Below are positions 1 through 13,535 of a stretch of DNA of 64,000 nt, one piece after another; the stretch's first letter is position 1, and each line of letters starts with the position of its first letter. A program made the translations under genes and the position numbers. Origin of the DNA: the human T2T-CHM13v2.0 reference genome, Homo sapiens; NCBI RefSeq assembly GCF_009914755.1, contig NC_060947.1; one strand, 5' to 3'. The notes under the pieces were generated by a model that made no database searches, had not been told where the DNA came from, and saw only the letters and a list, made by a program, of their open reading frames with translations.

Positions 1-175
1 ATTTTCAAAAAAGTCATCTCTTAGTTTTATACATTTTTTCCTAGTTTTTGTATACACTGATTTTTTTTTCTGATCTTTATTATTTTCTTTATTTAAATAA
101 CTTTGGATTTAGTTTGTTTTATTATTTTACTAGATTCTTGAGGCATAAAGTTAGATTGTTTATTTGACATCTTTT
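1..175 (-). mobile_element. Old L1 ORF2 fragment
   Basis: T-rich antisense L1 ORF2-like motifs (ttcttgaggcataaagttagattgtttatttgacatctt); runs off the window edge. Confidence 0.6.
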
Positions 176-505
176 TAAATTTTTAATTCATGTGGTACAT
201 ATTAGGTGTATATATTTATGGGATACATAAGATGTTTTAATATAGGCAAACAATGTGTAATAATCACATTATGAATAATGGGATATTTATTCCCTCAAGC
301 ATTAATCCTTTGTGTTACAAACAGTCTAATTATTCTCTTTTAGTCATTGAAAATTTACAATTAAATTATAATTGGCCATGGCCACTCTGTTGTGCTATAA
401 AATAGTCAGTTTTATTTGTTATTTATAAGTATACTTTTCGAACTTGTTAAGCATCCCCACATTCTCCCATCCTCCTACAACTCTTCCCTGCCTCTGGTAA
501 CTATC
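176..505 (-). mobile_element. L1MA-type 3' end
   Basis: Antisense L1MA 3'UTR motifs (tatatttatgggatacat...tgtgtaataatcacatt...ccctcaagcatt...cctctggtaac), interrupted by an LTR at 506. Confidence 0.75.
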
Positions 506-1050
506 TATATTAATCTGTTCTCAAACTACCATAAAGATACTATCTGAGACTGGGTAATTTCTGAGGAAAGAAGTTTAATTGACTCACAGTTCCACATGGC
601 TGGAGAGACCTCAGGAAACTTAAAATTATGGCAGAAAGCAAAGGGGAAGCCAGGCACGTCTTACATGGTGGTGGGAGAGAGAGCTACCACAGGAGGATCT
701 GTGACTTTTAAACCATCAGATCTTGTGAGAACTCCCTATCATGAGAACAGCATGGAGGAAAACCGCCCTCATGATCCAATCACCTTTCATCAGGTCCTGC
801 CTTGGACACATGTTGTGGTTTACAACTCTAGATGAGATTTGGGTGGGGACACAGATCTCATCCATGTCATTCTTCCTGTGGCCCCTCCCAAATCTCATGT
901 CCCTTTCACATTTCAAAACCAATCATGCCTTCCCAACAGTCCCCCAGCCAGAGTCTTAACTCATTCCATCATTAACTGAAAAGTCCAAGTCCAATGTCTC
1001 ATCTGAGACAAGGCAAGTCACTTCCACCTATGAGCCTGTAAAATCAAAAG
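506..1050 (-). mobile_element. THE1C/D-like MaLR LTR (506-869) plus truncated internal segment (870-1050)
   Basis: gagactgggtaattt...gactcacagttccacatggctgg...gagatttgggtggggacacag, followed by internal motif ggcccctcccaaatctcatgtcc...gtaaaatcaaaag. Confidence 0.9.
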
Positions 1051-1052
1051 GG

Positions 1053-2552
1053 GTGATCCAATTTGCCCAATTTTGCTTTGGTTGCCTGTGCTTTTAGAGT
1101 ATGGCTCAAATATTTTTTGCACAGACCAATGTCCTAGAGAGTTTCCCCAATGTGTTCTTGTAGTAGTTTGACACCTTGATGTCTTAGATTTAAGTCTTTA
1201 ATCCATTTTGATTTGTTTTTGTATATGGTTAGAGAGAGGAGTCCAGTTTGATGATTTTGCATATGGATATCCACTTTTCCCAGCATTATTTCTTGAAGAA
1301 ACTATCTTTTCCCTAGTGCACGCTCTTGGCACCTTTGTCAAAATCAGTTGACTGAAAGTGTTTGAATTTGTTTCTGGGTTCTCTCTTTTGTTGCATTGGT
1401 CTAAGTGTTTTCTTTTAATGACAGTACCATGAGATTTTGATTACTGTATTTCTGTAGTATTATTTGAAGTTGGGTATTGTGATTCCTCCAGGTTTGTTTT
1501 CTTTGATTCAAATGGCTTTGGATATTTTGGATATTTTGTGGTTCTATGTAATTTTATTTCTGTGAAAAATGTCATTGCTATTTTGATAGGGATTGCATTG
1601 AATCTCTAGATTGCTTTGGTTAGTATGAATATTTTGACAATATTGATTATTCCAAACTATGAACATGGAATAACTTTCCATTTTTTGTGTCCTTTTCAAT
1701 TTCTTTCATCAGTGTTTTATAGTTTTCATTACAGATACTTTTACTTTTTGGTGAAGTTAATTCCTAGATATTTAAATTTATTTGTGGTTATTGTAAGTGT
1801 AATAACTTTTTAGTTTATTTTCCACATTGTTCTCTGTTGGCATATACAAATGCTACTGGTTTTGTATTTTGATTTTGTATCCTGCAACTTTACCAAATTT
1901 GTTTTTCAGTTCTTATAGTTTTTTGTTGAGTCTTCAGGTTTTTCCAAGCATATGATCATATCGTCTGCAAACATGGATATTTTGACTTCTTCTTTTAGGG
2001 TTTGGATGGCCTTTATTTTTTCTCTTGTCTGATTGCTCTAGCTAGGACCTCCAGTACTATGTTTAACAACAGTGTTTAAACTGGCATCCTTGTTATGGTC
2101 CAGATCATACAGGAAAGGATTTTAGTTTTTCCCAATTCAATACAATACCAGCTCTGGGTTGGTCATAGATGGTTTTTATTCCGTTAAGGTATGTTTCTTC
2201 TATCCTCAGCATTTTGAAGGTTTTTATCATGAAGGGATGTTGAATTTTATCAAATGCTTTTTCAGCATCAATTGAAATGATCATGTTTTTTTGTCCCTCA
2301 TTCTATTGATATATCATATTGATTGACTTGTGTATGTTAAACCATCATTGCATCCAAGGGATAAATCCGACGTGGTCATGATAAGTAATCTTTTTAAAGT
2401 ATTGTTGAATTCATTTTGCTAGTGTTTTGTTGAGCATTTTTGGATCAATATTTATGAGAGACATTGGTCTGTAGTTTTCTTTCTTTGATGTACCTTTGTC
2501 TGGTTTTGTTATCAGGGTAACACTGGCCTCATAGAATGAGTTTAGAAGTATT
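1053..2552 (-). mobile_element. L1M ORF2 fragment
   Basis: Antisense ORF2 motifs (gggattgcattgaatct, gggatgttgaattttatcaaatgc, ggcctcatagaatgagtt); decayed. Confidence 0.85.
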
Positions 2553-2746
2553 CCCTTTGCTCTGTGCTTCTCTTTCTTGCCACCTTGTGAAGAAGGTGCC
2601 TTTCTTCCCCTTCACCTTTTGCCAGGATTATAAGTTTCCTGAGGGCTCCCCAGCCATGTGAACTGTGAGTCAATTAAACCTCTTTCCTTTATAAATTACC
2701 AAGTCCTGGGCAGTTCTTTACAGCAGTTTGAGAACGGGCTAATACA
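2553..2746 (+). mobile_element. THE1-type LTR, 3' half only
   Basis: aagtttcctgagggctccccagccatgtgaactgtgagtcaattaaacctc...gagaacgggctaataca terminus. Confidence 0.85.
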
Positions 2747-5700
2747 ACCTCTTTGTTCTCTGTAGTCCGGAGAGACTCAAGAATGCAGAGCACTGTCAAT
2801 TCTTAGAGCAAGGTGATTTTGTAGCCAAGACTGTAAGTGACAGCTGCAAACATTGGAGCATGTGTTGTGTACACAAACTATTTCCAGGACAACCTAGAGA
2901 ACTGGATTTATCACTTGAGTGAACAAGGAGCAAAGGCATGGAGAGTGCCATACTCTCTTTCAGGCATGTGGATGTCTATTGTTTATCTGCCCTATTGGAT
3001 TCCAGATGTAGGCTGACCTGACCCTCCAACAGCTGTTGGAAAAGTGTGTCGACATACCCCTTTCTAGGGAGAAGCTATGAGCTGAGTGTTTTAATCCATT
3101 TTCTCTGCACTCATCCTGGGTGCTACAGCCACTAGAAATACTCACATGCCCCATTCAGAACTACTTCTTTATTCTCTATGGTCCAGGGAAACTCAGGAAT
3201 GCAGAGTCTCATTCACTCCCAGAACCAGGTGATTTAAGAGTCAAGACCTTTAGGGAGGATTACAAAAGTTGTTGTGTCATATGTGTGGTTCAAATGCATC
3301 CCTCCTCAGGGAAAAGCTGGGATTCGGGGAATGCATATTTTAAAAAGATAAATGGTCTAAGTATCATTTTATTTGCATCTGATTTTTCATACATATTTTA
3401 ATTATCTAAATTCTAGGCCTATACTAGGCAAATTTGGATGGCTGCCCAGGTCACAACAATTTCCCCAGGGGCTATGTCATTGATGCACCCACATACTTCT
3501 TTAGAGAAACAATTCACCCTCCCTTGTCCAATCATATAGGCCCAAATGGAAGCTCTGTGACCCCATGTCCATAACCCCAATGATTGGGCTAATTAATGGG
3601 CACCTTACCACACCCCTAATGCATTGATTAGTCCAGAGGGTGGACATAAGACTCAACCTGTATTCACTGAGGATTTTCAAACTATAAATTAGAGGAAGAA
3701 GCCCAGTTTTGTCTCTGTCACAAGTATGTAAGAGCACAAACACAAAAGTTGATATTGGAAAAGTTCTCAACCATATAATGATACACTGAATGAACAAAGC
3801 TTGCACTGATAAGTCATGAGATGGCCAGGCTGACTGATAAAGTTGTGATAGCAGATGAATCTCTACTGTAACTCAGTCCCATTCTCCAACTTCTTAGTTA
3901 ATTGAGCCTTGGTTACTTTGATATTTTAAACCAAAACCAACAATCCAAGGAGTTTTGACTATTTTGATGGAAAAAATGAAGTTTCTCATTAATTATATGC
4001 ATACTGTCCTAAGCAGTTGAAAGCCTTTCTCTTAACATTTTAATTGTGACTTGGTTGAAATTGCATAGACACAGCCAGAGGATTTGCATCATGATATTGT
4101 TTTTTGTCAAGCTATATTGGATGTTGACCTTGACTTATCCAATGTGTGAATGTGTCCATAACAGTTCCAATTTCTTCACAGAAGAATGTTTTAATTATGT
4201 AGACAATTTCTTAGTTAAAAATTAATTTATCTTATAAAGAACAGTAAAGTATTAGTTAGTGGAATATTATTATTTGAATAGTAAAATTTGAAGGGTGGGA
4301 TCTAGCTGGTAGTATGACATAGGGTAAGCATAATGAATAACATTTATTTTTTCTTGTAATAAATTGCTTTGGCATAATTAATGTAATTTTTGCATGTAAT
4401 AATAGAATGCTATGATTGTTGAAGTATTCATTATTATAGGCACTGACTAACGGTGTGACATCACAAATAACTATCAATGACTAATAAAAAGTGAGAAAAA
4501 TTTTTAGATAGTTTTCTAACGGGACATTTGTTTTTATCCTAAAAAAAAAAAAGCCACAAAAAGCAATCACACCACAATACCACCACCACAACTATACTGC
4601 TGAGCAGGTCCCCCACCAGGTTCTCACAGTGAAAATCAAAGAAAAATCCTCTCCTACTTTCAGCAGAGGCTAACCACTTAGAAATCTGAAGTGTTCTATT
4701 CTCAGTCACAGAGACTTACTCCCAAGGGAAACTACTTTACCAGAGACAGTTCATTATAAGGAAAGGTCAATTAGTCAACTGGACCCCCTCTAGCCTTCAC
4801 ATATTACATAGAAGAGATAAAAATGTAAGAAACTCTTCTGAAGGTCAGCTTAGGAATTCAGGCCCACTAAAAGAACTCTAAAATTTAATCGCAATATTAT
4901 CAAACAATTTCCTTTTGGAGTACCTTGCCATCACTTAAACAGGGCACCAGTATAAAACAGTAGTTTACACCTGAGAGATCTACAAAAAAAACAGACATTA
5001 TTTAAGAAAGAATGTCTAAGGAAACCCAAATCAAACAGAAAAGACAATAATAAGTACAGCAGGTGAAATGGAAGTCTCTGATGCATACAGCTACATTGAA
5101 CATTAAACACAACCTAACTTTTGACCAAATAAACATGAAACTTTACACCAAAGGCCTATTTACCTTAGTTCCTATTATTTTTTGTGTCATGATGGGCTTT
5201 CAACAACAATAAAAAAATTACAAGTCACATTAAAATGCAACACAAACCACAGTCTGAAGCAATAAAACAAGGATCAAAACCAAAACTAGATATGGCAGAA
5301 ATTTTTAATGGTCATAACATGAATTTAAAATTACTATGATTAGTAAACTAAAAGCTCTAAGTAAACAACATGCAGGGAAAAAATGGGTAATGTAAATACA
5401 GTGCCATAAACTATTGAATGAGTCAAAAAATAAAAACAAATGCCAGAAAATTTAAAAAGTAACAGAAATAAGCAATGTTTTGATGTTTTCATGAGTAGAA
5501 TGTACTCAGCTGAGGAACACTTCAGTGAGATTAGACATGGCAACAAAAACTTCCAACACTGAATATAAGAAAAAAATAATTTTTAAAAAATAAATGGAAT
5601 ATCCAAGAACTGTGAAACAATTTTAAAAAGATATTAGATAGGTATAATAAGGATATCAAAAGTAGAAGAGAGATAATAGCAGAAGAAATCATTTTTTCCA

Positions 5701-5757
5701 AAATTGATGACAGATATGAAACCGTAAACTCAGAATGTTCAGAGAACACCAAGAAAA

Positions 5758-5822
5758 TTATATATATATAATTATATATATATATATATATACATACATT
5801 CACACACACATACACACACAAA
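5758..5822. repeat. (TA)n(CA)n compound microsatellite
   Basis: Directly visible. Confidence 0.9.
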
Positions 5823-7409
5823 CACATATCTAAGTATATCGTATTTAACAAAAAAAAACTTGAAATAAATCAAAGTGAGGGAGCAGATTAACCATAAAAG
5901 AACAAAGACAAGAATTACATTCACTTCAAAAACATGCAAGCAAGAAGAGAACAGTGAAAATTAATTGTGTTGAAAGAAAATGTAAAGCACCAGTCTATAA
6001 TTATATACCCAGTAAAATTATCACTCAAAAGTGAAGAAGAAATAAAGACTTTTTCAGATAAGCAAAAACTGAATCAATTTGCTGCTGGTAGTATTGCCTT
6101 GCAAGAAATTTTTATAAAAATATTCTTCAGAAAAAAAGGAAAATTATATAGATTAGCAACTCAGATTTACTTGAAAAAGGAGAAACATTAGAAAAGAAAT
6201 AAAACTAAAATTAAATATTTTTATTATTCTTAGTTGGTATAAGAGATAATTGTCAAAATGATAACAAAAATGTACTGAGAGATTATAGTTTACAGATAAG
6301 TAAAAGGAATGACAGCAATATTATGAGAGACAGCAGGGAGGAAAAAGAAATACTCTGTGATGAGGTGTCTGTGTTACTCATGAGGAAACATGGTACTATT
6401 TGAATGTGAAATTTGATTAGCTTCAAATGTATATTGATAGCTCTAAAAGTAGTTTGTAATGTAAACTTTATAGACTAAGAGAAGAGAGAAAACAGAATAA
6501 TATTAAATGTTCCATTAAAATTAGTGAAGGTAGAAAAGGGAGAAGAACGAGAACAAATGCAATAAACAGAAAACAGTAAGAAATATGATAGATAATAACC
6601 CCAAATATCAACCATCTCTTTGAATGTAAATTGTATGCACATATAAATTAGACAGAGAGAGAAGATATAAAAAAAATCAAGATCTAGCTATATGTTGTTT
6701 ACAAGAACCCAACTTTAGATACAATGACACAAATCAATTAAAAGTACAAGGATGGAGAAATATATATCACTCTAACACCAACGAAAAGAAAGCTGGAATC
6801 ACTATATTGCCTTCAGACAAAGCCCATGTCAGCACAAGGAATGTGATAAGGGATAAAGAGAGGTATTAAGTAATGACAAAGAAACCAATCCTGCAAAAAT
6901 ACATGATAATCCTTAATATGCATGTACCTAAATAGAACATCAAAATATGGAACAAAAACTGGTAGAACGTTAGGAGGGATGGACCAATCCATTATTATAA
7001 TTGCAGTCCTTAACAAATCTCAATCAGGAATTCAAAGGTATAGCAGGCAGATAGTCAGTAAGGATATAATTTTATGAAAAATTACCATCAATAAACTTGA
7101 TCTAGCTGACATTTATAGATTAGTTCATTTAACAACACCAGAATACAGATTCTTCTCATACTCACATGGGACAGTAGTCACTCAGGTAGACAACATTCTG
7201 GGCCATAGCACATACCGTAACAATTTTAAAAGAATAGAAATCACATAGAGTGGGCTCATGGATCACAATTGATTTAAACAAGAAACAAACAATGGAAAGA
7301 TAGCCGGAAACTCACAAAATATTTAAAAGTTAAAAAACACCACTCTATATAATACATGGGACAAAAAGGAAGTTTTGAGGGAAATTTACAAAGTAAACAA
7401 GTATTTTTC

Positions 7410-7965
7410 GACAGAAGAATGGATGAATAAAATGTATATATTCACAATGGAATACTATTCAGTCATAAGAAAGAATGAAATCCTGTAATTTGTAGTAGCA
7501 TGTGTGGAACCTAAAGGTCATTTTGCTAAGTGAAATAAGCCAGGCACAGTAAGACAAATATCACATATACTGATTCATAAGTAGAAGCTAAAAAATGTTG
7601 ATCTCGGGGAGGCAGAGGTTGAATGATAGTTTCCAGAAGCTGGAAAACCTGTGTGTTTTGGTAGGGAGATAAAGAGAGATTTGTTAGTGAATACAAATAT
7701 GTAGTTAAATAGGAGAAATGGGTTCCAGTGTTCGAAAGCACAGTTGGATGACTGTAGTTAACAATAATATATAGTATATTTCAAAATAGCTAAAAGAGCA
7801 TATTCAAAATGTTCTCAATGAAAAGAAATGATAAATGCTTGAGATGATGGATATTCTAGGTACCCTGGCTTAATCGTTACACATTGCATTGTATGCATGT
7901 ATCAAAATATGGCATGGACCCCATCAGTATGTACAAATATTATATATCCATTAATCTTTTTAAAA
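7410..7965 (+). mobile_element. L1MA 3' end nested in the older L1 ORF2
   Basis: aatggaatactattcagtcataagaaagaatgaaatcctg...ctaagtgaaataagccaggcacag...gtatcaaaatat...tatgtacaaatattat; host ORF2 resumes afterwards. Confidence 0.8.
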
Positions 7966-10199
7966 AGTGAAGTAAATAAAATACAACTTCTTAAATTTGT
8001 AGGATGTTCCCCCACCCTATAATAAAAAAAAATTTGTTGGATGCATAAAATAAGTACATAGAGGAAAATTTAAAGGTTAATTTATGGCATTGAATTAGTC
8101 TTTTGAAAAGGAAGAAATATCTAAAATCAATAGCCTAAACTTCCATTTTAGGAAACTATAAAACAATGTGTAATAGAAACTTACAGCAAACAAAAGAATA
8201 GTAAAAATTACAGCAGAAGTCAGTGAAATTAAAATCAAGAAAACAACAAAGAAAATCAGCCAACAAAAAGCTGGTCCTTTGAAAAGATCGGCAGAATGTA
8301 TCGACCTCTAGGTAGGCTAACAGAGGAAGAAAAGAGAGAGAACACAAATTGCTGATATCAGAAATGAAAAATGCGTTATCACCACTGATCCCATGAACAT
8401 TTAAAAGGATAACAAAGAAATACTATGAATAACTCTAAGCCTACGAATTTGATAACTTAGATGAAATTTACCAATTCTTTAAAAGACACAAGCAAAGAAA
8501 ACTCCCTCAAGGAGAAATACATACCATTTAATACTTTTATAATAATATTTAATACATCTATTAAATAAATTGAATCAATAACTAATAACCTTTCAAAGAA
8601 ATAATCAGATCTGGATGGTTTCACTGGTTAATTCTAGCAAACATTTAAGCCAGAAATGACACTAATACTCTTCAATCTCTTCCAGAAAATAGAAGCAAAA
8701 GGGATACAATCGAACACATTCTGTGAGTCCAGCATTACACTAATACTAAAACCTAGTAAAGATATTATGAGAAAGGAAAATTACACACTAATATTTCACA
8801 AACATAAATGTAAAAATTCTGAAAATTATTGGCAAATCAAATCCAACCGTGTATTGAAATAATTATACAAAATGACCAGTGGAGTTTTCTCCCCAATATG
8901 CAAGGCTATTTTAACATTGAAAAATTAATTAATGTAACACATTATATTAACATAATAAGAAAACGCATATGATCATATAAATAGATGCAGAATAATCCAT
9001 TTTTGATTTTAAAAATCAGCAAACTAGGAATGAGAGGAATATCCACAACCTGAGAAGGAACATCTACACAAAAACTGCAGCTAATACTACACCTAATAAC
9101 GAGAAACTATACCCTTTCTCCCTAATATACTGAACAAGACAAATATGTTCCCTCTCATGGTTCCTATTCAACATTGTACTGCAAGTCTAGCTGATGCAAT
9201 AACACAAGAAAAGAAAATGAGATATATACAGATTGGGAAAGGAGAAAAAAAACTATCTTTGTTCACAGATAGCATGACTATCGATATAAAAATTCCCAAA
9301 TAATCTGAAAATAAAACACCCCCTGGAACTCATAACCAATTACAGCAAGGTTTCAGGATGCAAAGTTAATATATAAAAGTCAATTAATTTGTTATATACC
9401 AGCAATGAAAAAGTGTAATTTGAAATTATAAATACAACACCCTTTACATGATAACCAACTCTTTCCAACGTGATCTGTAGATTCAATACAATTTCATGTA
9501 AAGTTTCAGCCAGTTATTTTGTGGATACTTACAAATTGGTTCTAAAGTTTATATCAAAAGGCAAAAGACCCAGAAATAGCCAACTCAATACTGAAAAAAA
9601 AAATAAATGAAGTCTGAAGACTTCAAGCCTTACTATAAAGCTATGATAATCAAGACAACACGGTATTGGCAAAAGAATAGACACATAGATTAATAGAACA
9701 AAAACGAGAGCTCCATAATTGACCCACCTAAATATCATCAAGTTATCTTTGACAAAGATGCAAAGGCAGTTCAATGGAGAAGGATAATCTTTTCAGCAAA
9801 TGGTGCTGGGAAAACTGGACTTCGACATAAAAAAATTCTAGACACAAATCTCACGCTTTTAACAAAAACTAACTTAAAATGGAACACAGACCTAAATATA
9901 AAATTTCTAAAAAAAAGACCCAGGCAAAAATATAGGTAACCTTGAATTTGGCAATGACTTTTGAGACACAACACAAAAAGCATCATCCATGAAAGAAAAA
10001 AAAATAAAGAACTTTATTAAAACTAAAAACGTATGCTCTACGAAACACATAATTAAGAGAATAGAAAGGCAAGGCAGTAACTTAGAGAAAATATTCGCAA
10101 AACACATATTTCATAAAGTACTTGTATACAAAATATTCAAAACACTCTTAGAACTTAATAAGAAAATAAAACAAGTTTTAACGTTTAATTAAAATAGGT

Positions 10200-10520
10200 A
10201 TAATTGTCAAAATCAGAAACAAATTACAGTTTGAACAGCAGATTACACTCAGCCAATGACTGAATTATTGATCTGGTGATATAACTGAATAAATTATTGA
10301 GAATGAAACATGGAAACCTAATTAGATGAAAAAAATTGAAGAGAGAATACACAGAGTAAGAAGGACTACTATATGTTTATATAAACTTACTAGAAAAGCA
10401 GTGGATACAAAGCAGGATACATTAAAAGAACTCCACAAACATTCTATTATTGTAATAAAACTTCAGAAACTCGAAGGCAAAGAGAGGGTCTTAAAAGCAG
10501 CTGAGAGTAAAAATGAGTCA
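10200..10520 (+). mobile_element. Ancient L1 ORF1 fragment
   Basis: Peptide IIVIKLQKLEGKERVLKAA resembles the ORF1p RRM region. Confidence 0.55.
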
Positions 10521-10649
10521 GTGGGATTGGATATGGAAGAAACACATCAGTAGTTTCAACAATATTAAGTGGTGGTTTCATGAAAATGCTTCATTTTTAT
10601 CTTATCTATCTGCACTCTTGCACTGCTAAGAAGTGCATACTAAAAACCA

Positions 10650-10830
10650 TTTTATGTTGCTTTCCATACATAATTTTATGTTATTTTCCTGAGTGTATGA
10701 GAAAAGTTTTTCACACTTTATAGTGGGGAAAGTGAGCTACATTGATTTTTCCAAAGTCACATACTGGGTAAATAAGGAGGTGAATATAGAACCAAGTATT
10801 AGGATTTCTTATGCGGTATGTTTTCTATTA
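10650..10830 (-). mobile_element. MIR
   Basis: cactttatagtggggaaagtgag...tttccaaagtcacatactgg, a decayed antisense MIR core. Confidence 0.5.
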
Positions 10831-12489
10831 AACCACATTACCTGTCAGAGAGATATCATGTAAAAGAGATAATTTTTTGCCTCCTGCCTCTATATTCAAA
10901 TTCCTAATAAATACATATTTACAAAACTGACTAAAAGGAAATATACTCATTCTGGCTAAGACCTGACACAAATTCTTCATTCAGAAGCTCTATTAAAGCC
11001 AAGTAGAAAACCTTATTAAATTAAATTATGTTAAATGTGGGGACATAGCCATAACTACATCAACTATTTGCTTAATTTGAATGTTACTCTAATTTGGCTA
11101 AGAATTAATATGTTGTGGAGAATTAATTACAAAAATAAAGGCACAATTGGAGAGTCTTAAAAAAATGTAAAATCATTGTTATAAATGACACTGCAAAGTA
11201 AATAGATTTAAAAATAACTTAATACCAACTTTTATACATGTTTTAATTCTTATTTCTCTTAAGTGTTTATAGAGGCTTATCTGCACATACTTCCACTTCT
11301 AATCACACATCTGGTGAATGGCAGACTTATATTCAATATAAAATTGTAGAATGTTGGCAGTCTGAATTCTAGTTAGGATACTTCCTTTTGTGCTTCTCTA
11401 CTAAGAAACAACTTTATTTTTTCTTTTATTATTAGGTGTTTAGTGGTGACTTTTCATTATGATTAGCATTGGAAACAACAGTTCTACTTCTCTATCTGGC
11501 AAAAACATTTTGAGAAGTCAGAGAAAAGCAAGCTTCTTAAGTTTGTAACAATTCTTAAATCACCTGCAACATTTCGGTTTTAATGGAATTTGAGGTTGTA
11601 TCTATCAAGACAAAATAGTCTGAGTATTAAAATAAAGCAAATTAAATTGTAATTTTGAAAATAATTCATAAAATTACCTTAATCAATTGTTAGCCACTTA
11701 CTCGAAAACATATTTTACTTAAATCTAATGAGTAAGTGTAGAAACAGATAAGTAAATTTAGCATTATTAGTTATCCTTCTTACTTTATCTCAGAATAGGG
11801 AATGTTGCAGACATTGAGATACCCAACAGGCTAAATGGTTTAATGAAACACACATAAACCATCACACACATACACACAAGTATAACATCTCTTAAATAGC
11901 AGATTGTATCTTTTAAAAATCCTAAAAAGACAGGGACGAATATGCTTAAATTTTCAAAAGACTGAAGGCAAAATTCAATCAAATTCATGTTAAGACTAGA
12001 AAATTTCAAACTTATAATGTAAGGGATGATTGCTTGGTTCTAGTTGTGAAAATAAGTTGGTCCTTCAGGCAGTTATGTTCTAGACCCAGCTCTAAAATCA
12101 AGCCCAGGTAGAGAGAGTTTGTAAATTAAAAGGTGACCCTTAGCCAACATTCATTCGGAAACTGTGGTGCCTCATAAACAATTTTATTGTATAGAAATCA
12201 CTAAAAACCCAAAAAATTTACCTGTAATAAGTTAATTTACATTCCAATGAGATATGCATTTGGAGTTCAATAAATACAGATTAAACTGATATCCAGAGCT
12301 ATGATTTGCTTAAGCATTGTCAGCACCTTTAGAGTTGTTAATCTGGTGTTATGGCATCTATAGTCAGTTGGTAGAACAACTCCACTAACAAAATATTAAC
12401 TTATAATATTAAGAATAGACAGTAGGCCTTTATCACTAATACTTTTTAAACACGATCACTATAGCACTTTGCATTTGATTTAATCAAGG

Positions 12490-12690
12490 TGGATAGTGTG
12501 AAGGCTTGGAAATAATGAGTTAAAAGACCTAAATTTATGTTTGGAATGATTTTTTTTACTTGCTTTGCATGCTTTAGGAGAGTCATATGAAATCTGCATC
12601 TCAATTTCCTCATCAGTAAAATTGGAGTAATAGCCGCCCTTAAAGTTTACATATAAAATCATGAAAATGAAAACACTTGAATAAATGAAA
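12490..12690 (+). mobile_element. MIR
   Basis: ctcaatttcctcatcagtaaaattggagtaatag MIR core. Confidence 0.65.
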
Positions 12691-12899
12691 ATTTCTACTC
12701 AAATGTAAACCATCATGATTATCAGTTATGTTATCTGTGCTACATTTACTTTATTTTTTGATGCTGTATCCGACTTAGACAACAGCGCGACACAATTTGG
12801 ATGCGACGCACACTAGATTATTTAGGAGAAAAGAAACGGCCACTATCATGACATTTTCTGTAACTGGGCCCTTTAAAATATCACTAACTTCTCTAATCA

Positions 12900-13535
12900 A
12901 GCAGTACAGTGAATTTCTTCACTTCTTCAATCTGGGATGGCCTTGTAACGCTTAAACCAATAAACAGCGGTGTTCTGATACATGATAAATAATCTGCTCT
13001 CCCCAAAAGTCTTGATTGGTAGCACTTGCTGATTTCTAAAATGTAAATATTCTCCCATGGCCAACTTCAAGGTACCTACATGTCCTCAGTGGATGCATAG
13101 TTGTGAAGAGATGTGTACTATCAGCTCTCATGGTTTGATACAGGATAGCACCAGTATGCTACTGCAAATAGAATGTGGTGGAAATGACAGTGTTCCACAT
13201 CGACCCCAAACTTCAAGAGGTATTGACAGCTACTGCTCCCTCTCTTGGAACTCTGCCCAGCTGTCATGTGAATAAGCCCAGTAAAACATCCTACATGAAG
13301 AAAGACAGCTTACCCAATTACTCCCATTGCCCCAGCCAACAGTTGATCAGTCTCCAGTGCAGAGCCACCTAGCTGATTTACAGATGACTGCAAATTTATA
13401 AGGGAGCTTTAATACAACCAACAAGCTGAGCTCATCCCCAAATGTTAATCAGCAGAATGGTATATTAATAAATATTTGTTGCCTTAAGCCGCTGAATTTT
13501 TTTGTGTTTTTTTACACATCAATAGATACCCACAC
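12900..13535 (+). mobile_element. MLT1-type MaLR LTR, interrupted by a MER63-like element
   Basis: tctgggatggccttgtaac...aatagaatgtggtggaaatgacagtg...aataaatatttgttgccttaagccgctgaattt. Confidence 0.65.
12965..13164. mobile_element. MER63-like hAT-Blackjack element
   Basis: Decayed TIRs cagcggtgttctg / ccagtatgctactg; 8-bp TSD ccaataaa / caaataga; core tgtaaatattctcccatggccaacttcaagg. Confidence 0.6.

Larger units (their letters stand above)
4560..10190 (+). mobile_element. Old L1 (L1MB/L1MC-like), decayed ORF1 and ORF2
   Basis: ORF1p C-terminal-like peptide IIYPVKLSLKSEEEIKTFSDKQKL (5967-6191); ORF2 remnants LFQKIEAKG...ITLILKP (8656-8862) and EKIFAKH (9989-10192). Confidence 0.85.

Noticed and set aside
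2750-3330. Possible old L1 5' region
   Set aside because: Only vague motif resemblance; boundaries unsupported.
3480-3720. Possible ancient LTR16-like element
   Set aside because: Too diverged to call by eye.
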